From: an uncultured Pirellulaceae bacterium
Lineage (GTDB): Bacteria; Planctomycetota; Planctomycetia; Pirellulales; Pirellulaceae
Direction of reading: 5' to 3'
Assembly (NCBI GenBank): GCA_964567745.1
Contig: CAZMNY010000011.1
Coordinates: 70,159-134,158, forward strand
Length of the DNA stretch: 64,000 bases
Below are positions 39,918 to 48,509 of this stretch, one piece after another; the stretch's first letter is position 1, and each line of letters begins with the position of its first letter. The position numbers were made by a program, and so were the translations under genes. The notes under the pieces are model-generated. The model ran no database searches. It was given only the letters and a program-made list of their open reading frames with translations, and had not been told where the DNA came from.

Positions 39918-41273
39918 ATGGAGATCGTGTCAGCGATTCGGCAGCGGCTTGCTGACAAGGTCGGGAAAGAACGATTTGAGTTGTGGTTTGGCCACAATGT
40001 CAGCCTCGCCTTTCAGGCGAACGTTCTTTCCGTGGTAGCGCGGAACGATTTCTGGCTTGACCGGCTCCGCACTCATTTTCGTCGAGATCTTGAGCTCGCC
40101 TGTTTCGAAGTCGTTGGCCAGCCGCCGCAGCTCAAGTTCGTGTCCCGCGGAGCGGAAAAACCACAACCGCGGAAAACGACCCGTCGTCGGTCCGCAGCCG
40201 ATCCAAATCAAAAAACGACGGACTCATCGTCGTTGGGTGCCGAACGCGGTCTGACCTCGTACGTGATCGGCGAGTGCAACAAACTCGCGCACATGTCGGC
40301 AGCGACAGCGCTTTCGCGATTGGGGCGTTGGTCGCCGTTGTTCATTCACGGCCCGCACGGAAGCGGCAAGACGGAGCTGCTGAAGTGCCTAAAGAATTCG
40401 GCTAGAGACAACCTAAACGCGACTCGCGTCGTGATGATGTCGGCTGAGCAATTCACGACATTTTTCTTAGAGGCTTTGCACGGCAGCGGTCTGCCCAACT
40501 TCCGGCGTAAGTATCGCGACCTCGACCTGTTGATTATCGACGACGTGCAATTTCTGGCGGGCAAGCCGGCAACGCTCGTGGAATTACACCACACGATCGA
40601 CTCGATTCAGCGGAATGGACGACAACTGGTTTTCGCTTCCGATCGTCCCGCGCTGGAACTGTCCGGACTTGGGCAAGAGTTAATTGGCCGCATGACCGGC
40701 GGTCTGACTTGCGCCATGGAGTCCCTCGACGAAGCAACTCGCCGATCCATTTTTCGAGCTCAAGCAGCTCAGCGCGGACTCAAGATTCCGGCGACCGTTG
40801 TGGATGAAGTGGCGTCGCAGATTTGTGGCGACGGCCGACAAGTCATTGGCGCCTTGAATCGTCTCGAGGCGGTTAGCATCGCACAGCAAAGTCCGATCAC
40901 CGACGAGCTGGCCTCTGAATGTCTCCACGATATCTTTCGCAGCCAACGCAAGGCGGTGCGAATGGATGACATTGAAGGTGCCGTGTGTGAAGTATTTGGT
41001 CTCGATCGACGGACGCTGCAATCGGATCGAAAGACGAGAAGCATTTTGCAGCCGCGGATGTTGGCCATGTGGCTCGCACGAAAACACACGCGAGCCGCCT
41101 ATTCCGAAATCGGCCGATACTTCGGCAAACGCAGCCACAGCACGGTCATTTCCGCACAGCAGAAGGTGACTCGCTGGATGAGTGAAAACGCGGCGGTGCA
41201 ATTGCCCAACGGCGAATGCGGAGTGCAGGCGGCGTTGCACCGCATCGAGTCACAGCTTCGCACCGGAGGTTAG
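39918..41273 (+). CDS. dnaA: DnaA-family replication initiator-like AAA+ protein with atypical Walker A (GPHGSGKT)
   Basis: N-terminal DnaA-like domain, AAA+ module (Walker A GPHGSGKTEL, Walker B LLIIDDVQFLAGK), C-terminal DnaA-box-binding helix-turn-helix (EIGRYFGKRSHSTVISAQQKV). ATG at 39918; the track start 39903 is GTG. Confidence 0.7.
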   Translation: MEIVSAIRQRLADKVGKERFELWFGHNVSLAFQANVLSVVARNDFWLDRLRTHFRRDLELACFEVVGQPPQLKFVSRGAEKPQPRKTTRRRSAADPNQKTTDSSSLGAERGLTSYVIGECNKLAHMSAATALSRLGRWSPLFIHGPHGSGKTELLKCLKNSARDNLNATRVVMMSAEQFTTFFLEALHGSGLPNFRRKYRDLDLLIIDDVQFLAGKPATLVELHHTIDSIQRNGRQLVFASDRPALELSGLGQELIGRMTGGLTCAMESLDEATRRSIFRAQAAQRGLKIPATVVDEVASQICGDGRQVIGALNRLEAVSIAQQSPITDELASECLHDIFRSQRKAVRMDDIEGAVCEVFGLDRRTLQSDRKTRSILQPRMLAMWLARKHTRAAYSEIGRYFGKRSHSTVISAQQKVTRWMSENAAVQLPNGECGVQAALHRIESQLRTGG

Positions 41274-41406
41274 CGCCGGTCGTATCGGCAGTCATTTCGC
41301 GTTCCGCCAATCATTTCGGCCTCGCCGATTGCTCTTTGGCTGCTCATGTCCTACGCTTCAAGCTGATTTGGTCCACGATTCAACTGACTGTTTCGCTTGA
41401 TACGCA

Positions 41407-43173
41407 ATGGCTGACGCCGACAAAAAAAAACGCCTTCGCCATGCGGCAATCATTCTTTGCACGTTTGTATTCGTCGTTACTGGAAGTCTCGCCGTCTACT
41501 CGTTTATGAGTATCTGCGTGGTACCCGAGGATCCGCCCTTCACTGGGCTGACCGAGGAGCACCAGCGACGCATCTGGGACGCCGAGCACACAACGTTTGC
41601 GCTGGAGACCCACTTTGGCAAGCCGTTTGTCGCGGCGCTAAAAACGGGCGCCGCGGACGAGCTGGCCGCATTCTTCAGCGATGATTTTGAAGGGAGCCTG
41701 ATCGATTCCGAGGCGTCGGAAACACGCGGTCAATCCATTGTTGCGGAAAACCTGTTTGGGGCGAGTGGGCATGCAAGTTCGCGCAAGCAGTGGGTCCGCA
41801 GTTTGCTTCAATCGCTCGAGTCCGTTGAGAAGATGGATCGCGCCCGCTTGCGTGTGCTTCACATTCAGGAAATCGAGGACGACACATGGAGATGTGAATT
41901 GTTGCTCACAGCCAGCGGCAAGGACGAAGGCGGGCAGCTCGTACGCTGGTCGGCGCGTGGCAAAGGGGATTTTCGGCTAGCCGACAAGGCCGAGGCTGGA
42001 ACGGCTCCGATTGCCTCGCGGTGGAGTTTTGAGTCGGTTCGTGTTGCAACAAGTCCGCGTCCATTGATGGAAGAAGTCACAGACGCATCGAATTTGCAGG
42101 CGGTCGAGATTCCCGACAACTGGGATTTGCCGGTGGCTCAGGCGACGGCTTATCGTTTTCAATTTTCGGTTGAGGACTTTGACCGAGATGGTTGGCTCGA
42201 CATCGCCGTTGCCACCAAACGCGAACCTCCGATCTTGTTGCGCGGCAGACCGGATGTGACGTTTGAGGAGGTGGGCGAGCCATTTGGGATCTCGAGCGAG
42301 ATGGCTGCGGATGATGTCTACTTGGCCGCTTGGATCGACTTTGACAACGACGGCTTTTCCGATTTGCTGTTGGGCGACCGGCTTTATCACAACGAGTCGG
42401 GCAAGAGTTTTCGGGACGTGACAAGCGAATGCGGGCTCGAGTTTGGGGCGTCGCCCAAAGGTTGTACTGTCGCCGATTTTGACTGCGACGGTCGACTCGA
42501 TCTGTACATCATTTACGATCAACCCAACCTCGACGTCGACGCGTCTCCGGGCGGGGAATCGGCCGCTTGGGTTGGGGACGGACGGTCGGGCGGCGACAAT
42601 CAGCTGTGGAAGAACTTGGGCGACGGGCGTTTTCGCCGCGAGACGTACCAGTCGGGTGCGGATGGAGGACCGAGGCGAAGCCATGCGGCGGCTTGGTTGC
42701 ATTTTGACGACGACCGTTTCCCCGATCTGTACATCGTGAACGATTTTGGCCCCAACCGTCTGTTGAGAAACCGAGGCAACGGGTCGTTTGAAGATGTCAC
42801 CGAGCCAACGGGAGCCGGCGATTTCGCCACCAGCATGGGCGTCGCGGCGGGCGACTTGAGTGGCGACGGGCAAGCGGAACTTTATGTCGCCAACATGTAT
42901 TCGAAGATGGGGCGGCGGATCATCGATTACGTCTCAAACGACGATTACCCGCCAGGCGTTTACGAACAGATTTGCGGGTCGTGCGCTGGCAATCGCGTCT
43001 ACCAATTCGACCCGTCTCAGTCGAAGTTTCATGAGTCCAGCGAGGAATTGGAAGTCAACGGAGTCGGCTGGTCCTACGGTCCGGCTCTTGCTGACTTTGA
43101 TGGCGACGGACTGCTCGACATCTACGCCACGACAGGTTATCTGAGTTTCGCGCGCAACGAACCCGACGGCTGA
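41407..43173 (+). CDS. CRTAC1-family FG-GAP/VCBS repeat protein, N-terminal part (ends at in-frame TGA 43174..43176)
   Basis: N-terminal TM/signal MADADKKKRLRHAAIILCTFVFVVTGSLAVYSF. Multiple FDRDGWLDIAV / DFDNDGFSDLLLG / DFDCDGRLDLYI / FDDDRFPDLYIVN repeats. Confidence 0.75.
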   Translation: MADADKKKRLRHAAIILCTFVFVVTGSLAVYSFMSICVVPEDPPFTGLTEEHQRRIWDAEHTTFALETHFGKPFVAALKTGAADELAAFFSDDFEGSLIDSEASETRGQSIVAENLFGASGHASSRKQWVRSLLQSLESVEKMDRARLRVLHIQEIEDDTWRCELLLTASGKDEGGQLVRWSARGKGDFRLADKAEAGTAPIASRWSFESVRVATSPRPLMEEVTDASNLQAVEIPDNWDLPVAQATAYRFQFSVEDFDRDGWLDIAVATKREPPILLRGRPDVTFEEVGEPFGISSEMAADDVYLAAWIDFDNDGFSDLLLGDRLYHNESGKSFRDVTSECGLEFGASPKGCTVADFDCDGRLDLYIIYDQPNLDVDASPGGESAAWVGDGRSGGDNQLWKNLGDGRFRRETYQSGADGGPRRSHAAAWLHFDDDRFPDLYIVNDFGPNRLLRNRGNGSFEDVTEPTGAGDFATSMGVAAGDLSGDGQAELYVANMYSKMGRRIIDYVSNDDYPPGVYEQICGSCAGNRVYQFDPSQSKFHESSEELEVNGVGWSYGPALADFDGDGLLDIYATTGYLSFARNEPDG

Positions 43174-43179
43174 ACGTGT

Positions 43180-43833
43180 TTGTGGCGGGCTGTCGTGACA
43201 CAGCCACTCGATCGAACTCATCGAATGCAAGCCAAAGGCGAAATCGATGAAGAGCATGGCGAGTTTTGGGTCGAGAACCCGTTCTTGATTGCCGAGGAGG
43301 GCAAGAACCTCAGCGCTTACGAACGCAATAAACTGTTTCTCAATCGCCGCGCCAAAGGGCCCTTCCTCGACGTTTCCTTCGCGTCGTCGGCCAATATCGA
43401 TTCCGACAGTCGTTCGGCGGTCGCCGCCGACTTCAATCGGGACGGTGCCCCAGACCTGCTCGTCGGCTCAGTCGGCGGAGGCCCGTTGCGTCTGTTCCTC
43501 AACCGATTTCCGCACGACAACCGCTTCGTGCGATTGAGACTTCGAGGCGCCAAGAGCAACGCCGATGGGATCGGCGCCCGCCTCGAACTCACCGCTAGCG
43601 AGACCGTTATTCGGCGGCAGCTATTCGCGCCGAATGGATTCATGGGACAGGGGCCAGCCGAGTGGAGCATCGGCGTCGGACCGGCAGAAACCATCGATCA
43701 ACTGACCATCGACTGGCCATCCGGACTCAAGCAAACCTGGCGCGACATTCCGTCCGATCGAGCCATCACGCTCAGCGAAGGCGTCGACAAGGCGCAAGTA
43801 AACGCGTTATCCAGCCAAGCGACTCAGCCCTGA
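43180..43833 (+). CDS. C-terminal part of the same CRTAC1-like gene: one more FG-GAP repeat plus ASPIC/UnbV domain; same frame as 41407..43173, separated only by one TGA
   Basis: ADFNRDGAPDLLVGS repeat then ASPIC-like GIGARLELTASETVIRRQLF...GFMGQGPAEWSIGVG...IDWPSG. The track start 43180 is TTG. The first in-frame ATG is at 43225. Confidence 0.65.
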   Translation: MWRAVVTQPLDRTHRMQAKGEIDEEHGEFWVENPFLIAEEGKNLSAYERNKLFLNRRAKGPFLDVSFASSANIDSDSRSAVAADFNRDGAPDLLVGSVGGGPLRLFLNRFPHDNRFVRLRLRGAKSNADGIGARLELTASETVIRRQLFAPNGFMGQGPAEWSIGVGPAETIDQLTIDWPSGLKQTWRDIPSDRAITLSEGVDKAQVNALSSQATQP

Positions 43834-43929
43834 CTCAGTTCTCATGACATTCTCCTTCTCGATCAAATCCGCCATCGGGAGATCGAAAGAAGTCACATTG
43901 GGCGGATTCGTTCTCCGTCACGCTGGGCG

Positions 43930-43960
43930 GACGAGCTGGCTCGTTCGGTGAATCAGATTA
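43930..43960. repeat. REP-like palindromic element (gACGAGC-tg-GCTCGTtcggtgaatcagatt family), copy 1
   Basis: Palindrome acgagctggctcgt followed by conserved cggtgaatcagatt. Confidence 0.7.
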
Positions 43961-44041
43961 CGACGCCAGAGCCGGTCTCATTTCGGCCTCGGCGAAACGG
44001 CCCCTAGAAACAAAATTGCGAGCTCGGCCGACTCGTTGGGA

Positions 44042-44131
44042 TCCACCCAACCCAGGGCGTCGCCGACGCTCGTTTCACTCACGTCAGCTTTGCCCTGGGC
44101 TGCGATGAGGTTGGGCTTCGCCCAACAGGTG
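44042..44131. repeat. Roughly 90-bp dispersed repeat (family C), inverted copy at 63705..63795 (about 90% identity)
   Basis: tgccctgggctgcgatgaggttgggcttcgcccaacaggtg and upstream cgtcgccgacgctcgtttcactcacgtc match the reverse complement of 63705-63786. Confidence 0.7.
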
Positions 44132-44156
44132 CGAGTGCATCCATCACGTTGCGGTC

Positions 44157-44190
44157 TGCATCCATTTGTGCATCCATTTGCATCCATTTG
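44157..44190. repeat. 12-bp tandem repeat (tgcatccatttg) x3
   Basis: Direct reading. Confidence 0.8.
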
Positions 44191-44342
44191 CGGTCAGACG
44201 TCGTATGTCGAGAAATGGACGATCCAGGCAGTTTGGAAATCCCTTGGTTAAAGTCAGGGCGCGCGTCATCCACGCAACCTCAAGACTCCTGACACCGATG
44301 GCAACTGAAGTGGGTGATGGACCAGGAGTAGCTGAGATGGAC

Positions 44343-44400
44343 GCTAACAGTCCAAGCAATCTCAGCAAGACCCAACGAGCTTGCTCGTTCGGTGAATGAG
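44343..44400. repeat. REP-like unit (gctaacagtccaagcaa...cccAACGAGCttGCTCGTTcggtgaatgag), copy 2
   Basis: Perfect 7+7 palindrome aacgagc-tt-gctcgtt at 44374-44389. The same unit recurs at 44681-44744. Confidence 0.75.
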
Positions 44401-44401
44401 A

Positions 44402-44510
44402 CTAGTGTTGCGTCAACTCTAAAAATGGGGGTTGGCTTCGGCGTAACTTGACTTGGCGGCGTACGATACAAACACTGGGATCCTAATTCTTAGTGTTGAC
44501 GCTGCACTAG
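44402..44510. mobile_element. MITE-like element 1 (109 bp) with 14/16-matching terminal inverted repeats ctagtgttgcgtcaac / gttgacgctgcactag, flanked by TA within CTAG
   Basis: The termini are near-perfect reverse complements. Related termini to MITE 2/3 but different internal sequence. Confidence 0.6.
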
Positions 44511-44538
44511 TCGATATCGACGACACAACCAAGACCTC

Positions 44539-44567
44539 AACGAGCTTGCTCGTTCGGTGAATCAGAT
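44539..44567. repeat. REP-like palindromic element, copy 3 (aacgagcttgctcgttcggtgaatcagatt)
   Basis: Identical core to the other copies. Confidence 0.75.
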
Positions 44568-44572
44568 TCACT

Positions 44573-44680
44573 CTAGTGCTGTGTTACAGCTTGGAATTGG
44601 GATCGACAATTCGTTTGGTCAACGCCCGCCACGGCGAATCGGGTGCGCCACCCTAAAACTAAGGCGTAACGCAGCACTAG
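44573..44680. mobile_element. MITE-like element 2 (108 bp), IS630-type: 15-bp TIRs ctagtgctgtgttac / gtaacgcagcactag, CTAG target with TA duplication; 100% identical inverted copy at 58890..58997
   Basis: The reverse complement of 58890-58997 equals 44573-44680 base for base. TIR 14/15. Confidence 0.75.
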
Positions 44681-44714
44681 CAGCTAACAGTCCAAGCAAC
44701 TTCGACGAGACCCC

Positions 44715-44744
44715 AACGAGCTTGCTCGTTCGGTGAATGAGATT
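44715..44744. repeat. REP-like palindromic element, copy 4
   Basis: aacgagcttgctcgttcggtgaatgagatt. Further copies at 25191-25220 and 29521-29550. Confidence 0.75.
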
Positions 44745-44828
44745 AGCCGCGAGAGCCGGTCTCATTTCGGTCTCGGCGAATCGACCCCGAGATGCTGCGG
44801 TCAGACGTCGCTTGTCGCGCAACGAGAG

Positions 44829-46475
44829 TTAGAGGTCGAGAACGAACTTCGTCCACTTCTCTTGGAACGTTTCCATGTCCTCTTCCTTGAGAATCTTCTG
44901 CAGCGTCTTGTAGCCGGTTGGATCGTCTTTAGCCGATCGCTTGAATTCATGGAAAAACTTGACGAGCAATCCCTTCTGCTGCAAGTAATAGCAGAGGTAT
45001 CGAGCTTGTGAGTAATTGGTGCCCGGATCAGCTCGATAGAATTCATGCGTCGATGTACCGCAGAGTTCCTTGAACGTCGGCATCTCGTAGTCTTCGTCAT
45101 TTATCGATTCACGCAGCCCTCGAAGCCGCCAGTTGACTTGACCCCAAATGTGACCGTTGTGATCGGAGCATTGTTCGTAAAGCGAGGCCAATCCCTCGTT
45201 GAACCAGGACGGGCATTTGGGGAAATTTTCGGCCATGAATGGATGCACGATCTCGTGCACGAGAGTTCCACCGCCGGTGTTAATGTTCATCACCAGGGCC
45301 TTCTCTGTTCGCGAGTAATAGCCGAACGGCGTGTGCGGACGCGAGGCAAAAATGTCGTAGACGTTTTGCTCGTAGCTCGTCTTGCCCGCGAACAGCCATA
45401 TCGTGATGACATGGTCCGGGTCATTCTTGAAGTAATCCTGCTTGATTCGATTGACCGCCCAGGCGATCGTGCCCGTTGCGTGAGCGCTCACATCAGCTAA
45501 CGACTCGTCGCCGACGACGACAAACGGCTCTTGGATCACGAATTGAAAATCGCTGACGATCCGCGGCTTGAGTTTCGACGGTCGGAAGCGAATCGGTCGG
45601 GCGGGTGGCGGCGTCTCGCCCTCGGCGATGGCGTCGCGTCGGCGTTTTTCGGCTGCGGCCTTCTCCTCGCGAACTCGCTTCTCTTCCGCCTTGTTGTACG
45701 CTTCGATTTCCTTTTCGCGTTGACGTTTGAGCGAGACTTGCTTGTTCTTCAGGTCGCTTAACTTACCCTTGAGAGCCAAGATATGTTGGGCGTAATCGGC
45801 GTTGGTGAGCTTCGTCGAGGACTTTCCGGCAATCAGTCTGGCGGGCTCGAGCCGAAAGCGGATAACCGTCCACTCTCGTTGGTCGTACTTCAGCGGCCAG
45901 AGCGACAAGAGCTTCGACAGTTTCATGCGCTGAAGGGCGCCGTTGGCGACGGCCGGCTCGTGATAGATGACATCTTGGGATTTTGCATCGAAGCCCAAGA
46001 CGAGTCGAAAATGTTCGGTCGAGTTTGGGCGGTCGTCGTAGTGCATACAGATGATCGACGGAACGCCGTTGAGCAAATCGCTGTGCATCGAGCGAAACAG
46101 CGAATCGAGCTGCTTACTTGCGTTTTGAGCGGCGACCGTGTGCCAGACGGCGCCGGTTTGAAAACCGATTCGCCGCAATGCGGTTGACAGTTCGCGCGTG
46201 TAGCATCCGCGGCCTTCGCGCGGGTCGAGCCCCGCTTGGTCGAACACGAAGTCCTGGTCCATCTTCTTCCCCAGCTTGCTGAGGAACATCTCGGCACATG
46301 CCTCGCCGCAAAAATCGGGCCGCTGATGTACGTGCGGCACGTCCCGGATCAACACACTCTTCAGCGAACTCGTTTCGAATTCCGCCGCGCGGCTCAGGTC
46401 GCCACATAGACAGCACGCGACCGCGACTAGAAGCGAGAGGCGGATCCAGTTCGAGCAATTCGGCGCGTTTCTCAT
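44829..46475 (-). CDS. Secreted two-domain putative peptidase: N-terminal peptidase-C39-like domain, Lys/Glu-rich coiled coil, C-terminal HExxH zincin-like (DUF1570-type) domain
   Basis: Signal MRNAPNCSNWIRLSLLVAVACCLCGDLSRA. C39-like QRPDFCGEACAEMFLSKLG. HExxH in GGTLVHEIVHPFMAENF...WFNEGLASLYE. Confidence 0.6.
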   Translation of the reverse strand: MRNAPNCSNWIRLSLLVAVACCLCGDLSRAAEFETSSLKSVLIRDVPHVHQRPDFCGEACAEMFLSKLGKKMDQDFVFDQAGLDPREGRGCYTRELSTALRRIGFQTGAVWHTVAAQNASKQLDSLFRSMHSDLLNGVPSIICMHYDDRPNSTEHFRLVLGFDAKSQDVIYHEPAVANGALQRMKLSKLLSLWPLKYDQREWTVIRFRLEPARLIAGKSSTKLTNADYAQHILALKGKLSDLKNKQVSLKRQREKEIEAYNKAEEKRVREEKAAAEKRRRDAIAEGETPPPARPIRFRPSKLKPRIVSDFQFVIQEPFVVVGDESLADVSAHATGTIAWAVNRIKQDYFKNDPDHVITIWLFAGKTSYEQNVYDIFASRPHTPFGYYSRTEKALVMNINTGGGTLVHEIVHPFMAENFPKCPSWFNEGLASLYEQCSDHNGHIWGQVNWRLRGLRESINDEDYEMPTFKELCGTSTHEFYRADPGTNYSQARYLCYYLQQKGLLVKFFHEFKRSAKDDPTGYKTLQKILKEEDMETFQEKWTKFVLDL

Positions 46476-46772
46476 GGGGACTCGCTTACCTGATAGTGGA
46501 ACTTGCGACGAAGCTTTTTCGAACTCAGCGTTCGAGAACGACTCCGGTCACCGGCGGACGCTGGGCGAGTTTGCCGAGCGGGCTCGGATAAGCCACGCAT
46601 TGAAACCCAAATGGACTCGCCGAGGAAGACCAATATTGATCCTAGCAGAGCCCCCGCGCTGGGCGTGTAACGCCCTTGTAACTCAGCGACGGCGCAAAGC
46701 AGCAAAGTCGATGTCTGGTCGCTCGCGCAAACGGCATGCGGAGACAGTTAGCGAACCGGTTTGGACACAGCC

Positions 46773-47471
46773 TTATTTGCTTCGAAGAAGAATGTCCTTG
46801 AATTGGATCTTCATCGGCGGCCCTTGGTGGAGTTGCAGGGCGAGAATGCCTTGCTTGGCGGCGCGCGAGTACTGGTTGTCGGTAACATCGACCGTGGTGA
46901 AGCCGTTGATTTGCTGCACAATGTGATTTCCCTTGACGGTAATCACGTAGTCGTTCCAGCCGCCCTCTTTGATGGCGCTCATGAATTTCTTTTCATCGAG
47001 TGTCGCCCCGGCTTTTTTCTTTTCGCCGCGTTCGCTAATGACGACCTTGCTCGAACGCTCCGCCAGGATGCCTCGTCCACGCTCCTCATAGAGAATGCCC
47101 ATGAACCGGTGCGGTTTCGAATCGATATCGGCCTGGTAGCCGGAGACGACAAAGTCATCTAGTTCCTTGCTGCGAAATTGAATGCCTGAATTGCCTTTCT
47201 CGCTAACCAAACGGAACTTGAGCTTGAGCGTGAAGTCTTTCAGTTCGGCTTTACGCCAAATCAAGAAGGTGTTTTTCTTCAGGGGCGATTTCGCCGACGT
47301 CTGCCCCGTGATGGCGCCTTCCTCGACGGACCACAGCCCTTTTTGTCCCTCCCAGCCGTCGAGCGATTTTCCATCAAAAATCTTGGTGAATCCTTTGTCG
47401 TCCGCCGCGGCGATCGAAGGGAGCAGGGCGACGAGGCTGACGAGAAAAGCGAGCGAGCTGATTGTTTTCAT
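46773..47471 (-). CDS. DUF1080 (3-keto-disaccharide hydrolase-like, jelly-roll) family secreted protein
   Basis: ATG at 47471 gives MKTISSLAFLVSLVALLPSIAAA. FDGKSLDGWEG...GAITG signature. Confidence 0.8.
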   Translation of the reverse strand: MKTISSLAFLVSLVALLPSIAAADDKGFTKIFDGKSLDGWEGQKGLWSVEEGAITGQTSAKSPLKKNTFLIWRKAELKDFTLKLKFRLVSEKGNSGIQFRSKELDDFVVSGYQADIDSKPHRFMGILYEERGRGILAERSSKVVISERGEKKKAGATLDEKKFMSAIKEGGWNDYVITVKGNHIVQQINGFTTVDVTDNQYSRAAKQGILALQLHQGPPMKIQFKDILLRSK

Positions 47472-47562
47472 CGGAGGGGCCAATCATGTGAGTGGTGTAA
47501 CGGGTGGGCTTTTGGTTGCAAAACATGGCGGCTTGGCGTTGCCGATCTTTCGCGGCGATCGA

Positions 47563-48399
47563 TCACGTCAATTCCGCGGACTCGTGTTCGTGCGGCGGCG
47601 AAAACGAAAATCCTTGACTCTGTCGAAAGAACTCGAGCGGATTGTCGTAGACGATCTTGCGAATGGTCGATTCGGAATGGCCGCGCCGCTTCATTTCCAT
47701 AATGAAGTCGGGCACCGCCGTCGGTTTGGACGGGCCCCAGTCGCCGGCCGAGTTCACCATGAGCCGTTCGGTTCCGTAGATCTCAACCATGTCCGCAGCG
47801 CGGGCCGGTGTGCATTTGGTGACGGGATATAACGTCATCCCTGCCCAAAATCCCTCATCGAGAACATGCCGAATCGTGTGTTCTTCGACGTGGTCGACGA
47901 GGACTCGCGACCGATTGATTCGGCTGTCGTCGCAGAGCATATCGAGGATCATTCGAGTACCTTGATATTTGTCTTCCAGGTGCGGCGTGTGGATCAAGAT
48001 CTGCTGATCGTACTGGAGCGCCAACTCCATGTGCTCGACGAAAATTGTTGCTTCGTTCTTCGTGTTCTTGTTGAGTCCGATTTCGCCGATGCCGAGGACG
48101 TTGGGGCAATCGAGGAAATCGGGAATCATCGCAATCACTTCGCGAGACAGTTCAACGTTCTCCGCCTCTTTTGCATTGATGCAAAGCCAAGTGTAGTGCT
48201 GGATGCCGTACTGGGCGGCCCGCTTGGGTTCGACCTCCGTCAGTTGCTTGAAGTAGTCTCGAAAGCTCTCGGCGCTGCCGCGATCGAAACCGGCCCAAAA
48301 GGCGGGTTCACTCAATCCGACGCAGCCCATTTTGGCGAGCGTTTCATAGTCGTCGGTCGTTCGCGAGACCATGTGAATATGGGGGTCGAGGTAATACAT
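47563..48399 (-). CDS. TatD-related TIM-barrel metal-dependent hydrolase
   Basis: DPHIHM, IHTPH and VDHV metal-ligand motifs spaced as in the TatD/amidohydrolase fold. Confidence 0.6.
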   Translation of the reverse strand: MYYLDPHIHMVSRTTDDYETLAKMGCVGLSEPAFWAGFDRGSAESFRDYFKQLTEVEPKRAAQYGIQHYTWLCINAKEAENVELSREVIAMIPDFLDCPNVLGIGEIGLNKNTKNEATIFVEHMELALQYDQQILIHTPHLEDKYQGTRMILDMLCDDSRINRSRVLVDHVEEHTIRHVLDEGFWAGMTLYPVTKCTPARAADMVEIYGTERLMVNSAGDWGPSKPTAVPDFIMEMKRRGHSESTIRKIVYDNPLEFFRQSQGFSFSPPHEHESAELT

Positions 48400-48509
48400 G
48401 CTGAGTTTCCGATCGTTGAGCGGTGTTGCGCAAAATTGAATCAGCCGCCAGTCCGCGCCGAAAACGACTTTGTCGTGTTTCGAGCTACGAGGCGCGAGCG
48501 GCTATTTGG

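Noticed and set aside
41977-42873. Long antisense ORFs inside large genes (e.g. 41977..42873 -, 20779..21267 -, 27985..28788 +, 31748..32563 -)
   Set aside because: Fully contained within well-supported genes on the opposite strand. A typical GC-rich frame artefact.
44036-44251. 71-aa ORF inside the repeat nest (and its mirror 63701..63940 at the window end)
   Set aside because: Encoded entirely by dispersed repeat family C. The same pseudo-peptide appears wherever the repeat occurs, so it is a spurious ORF.
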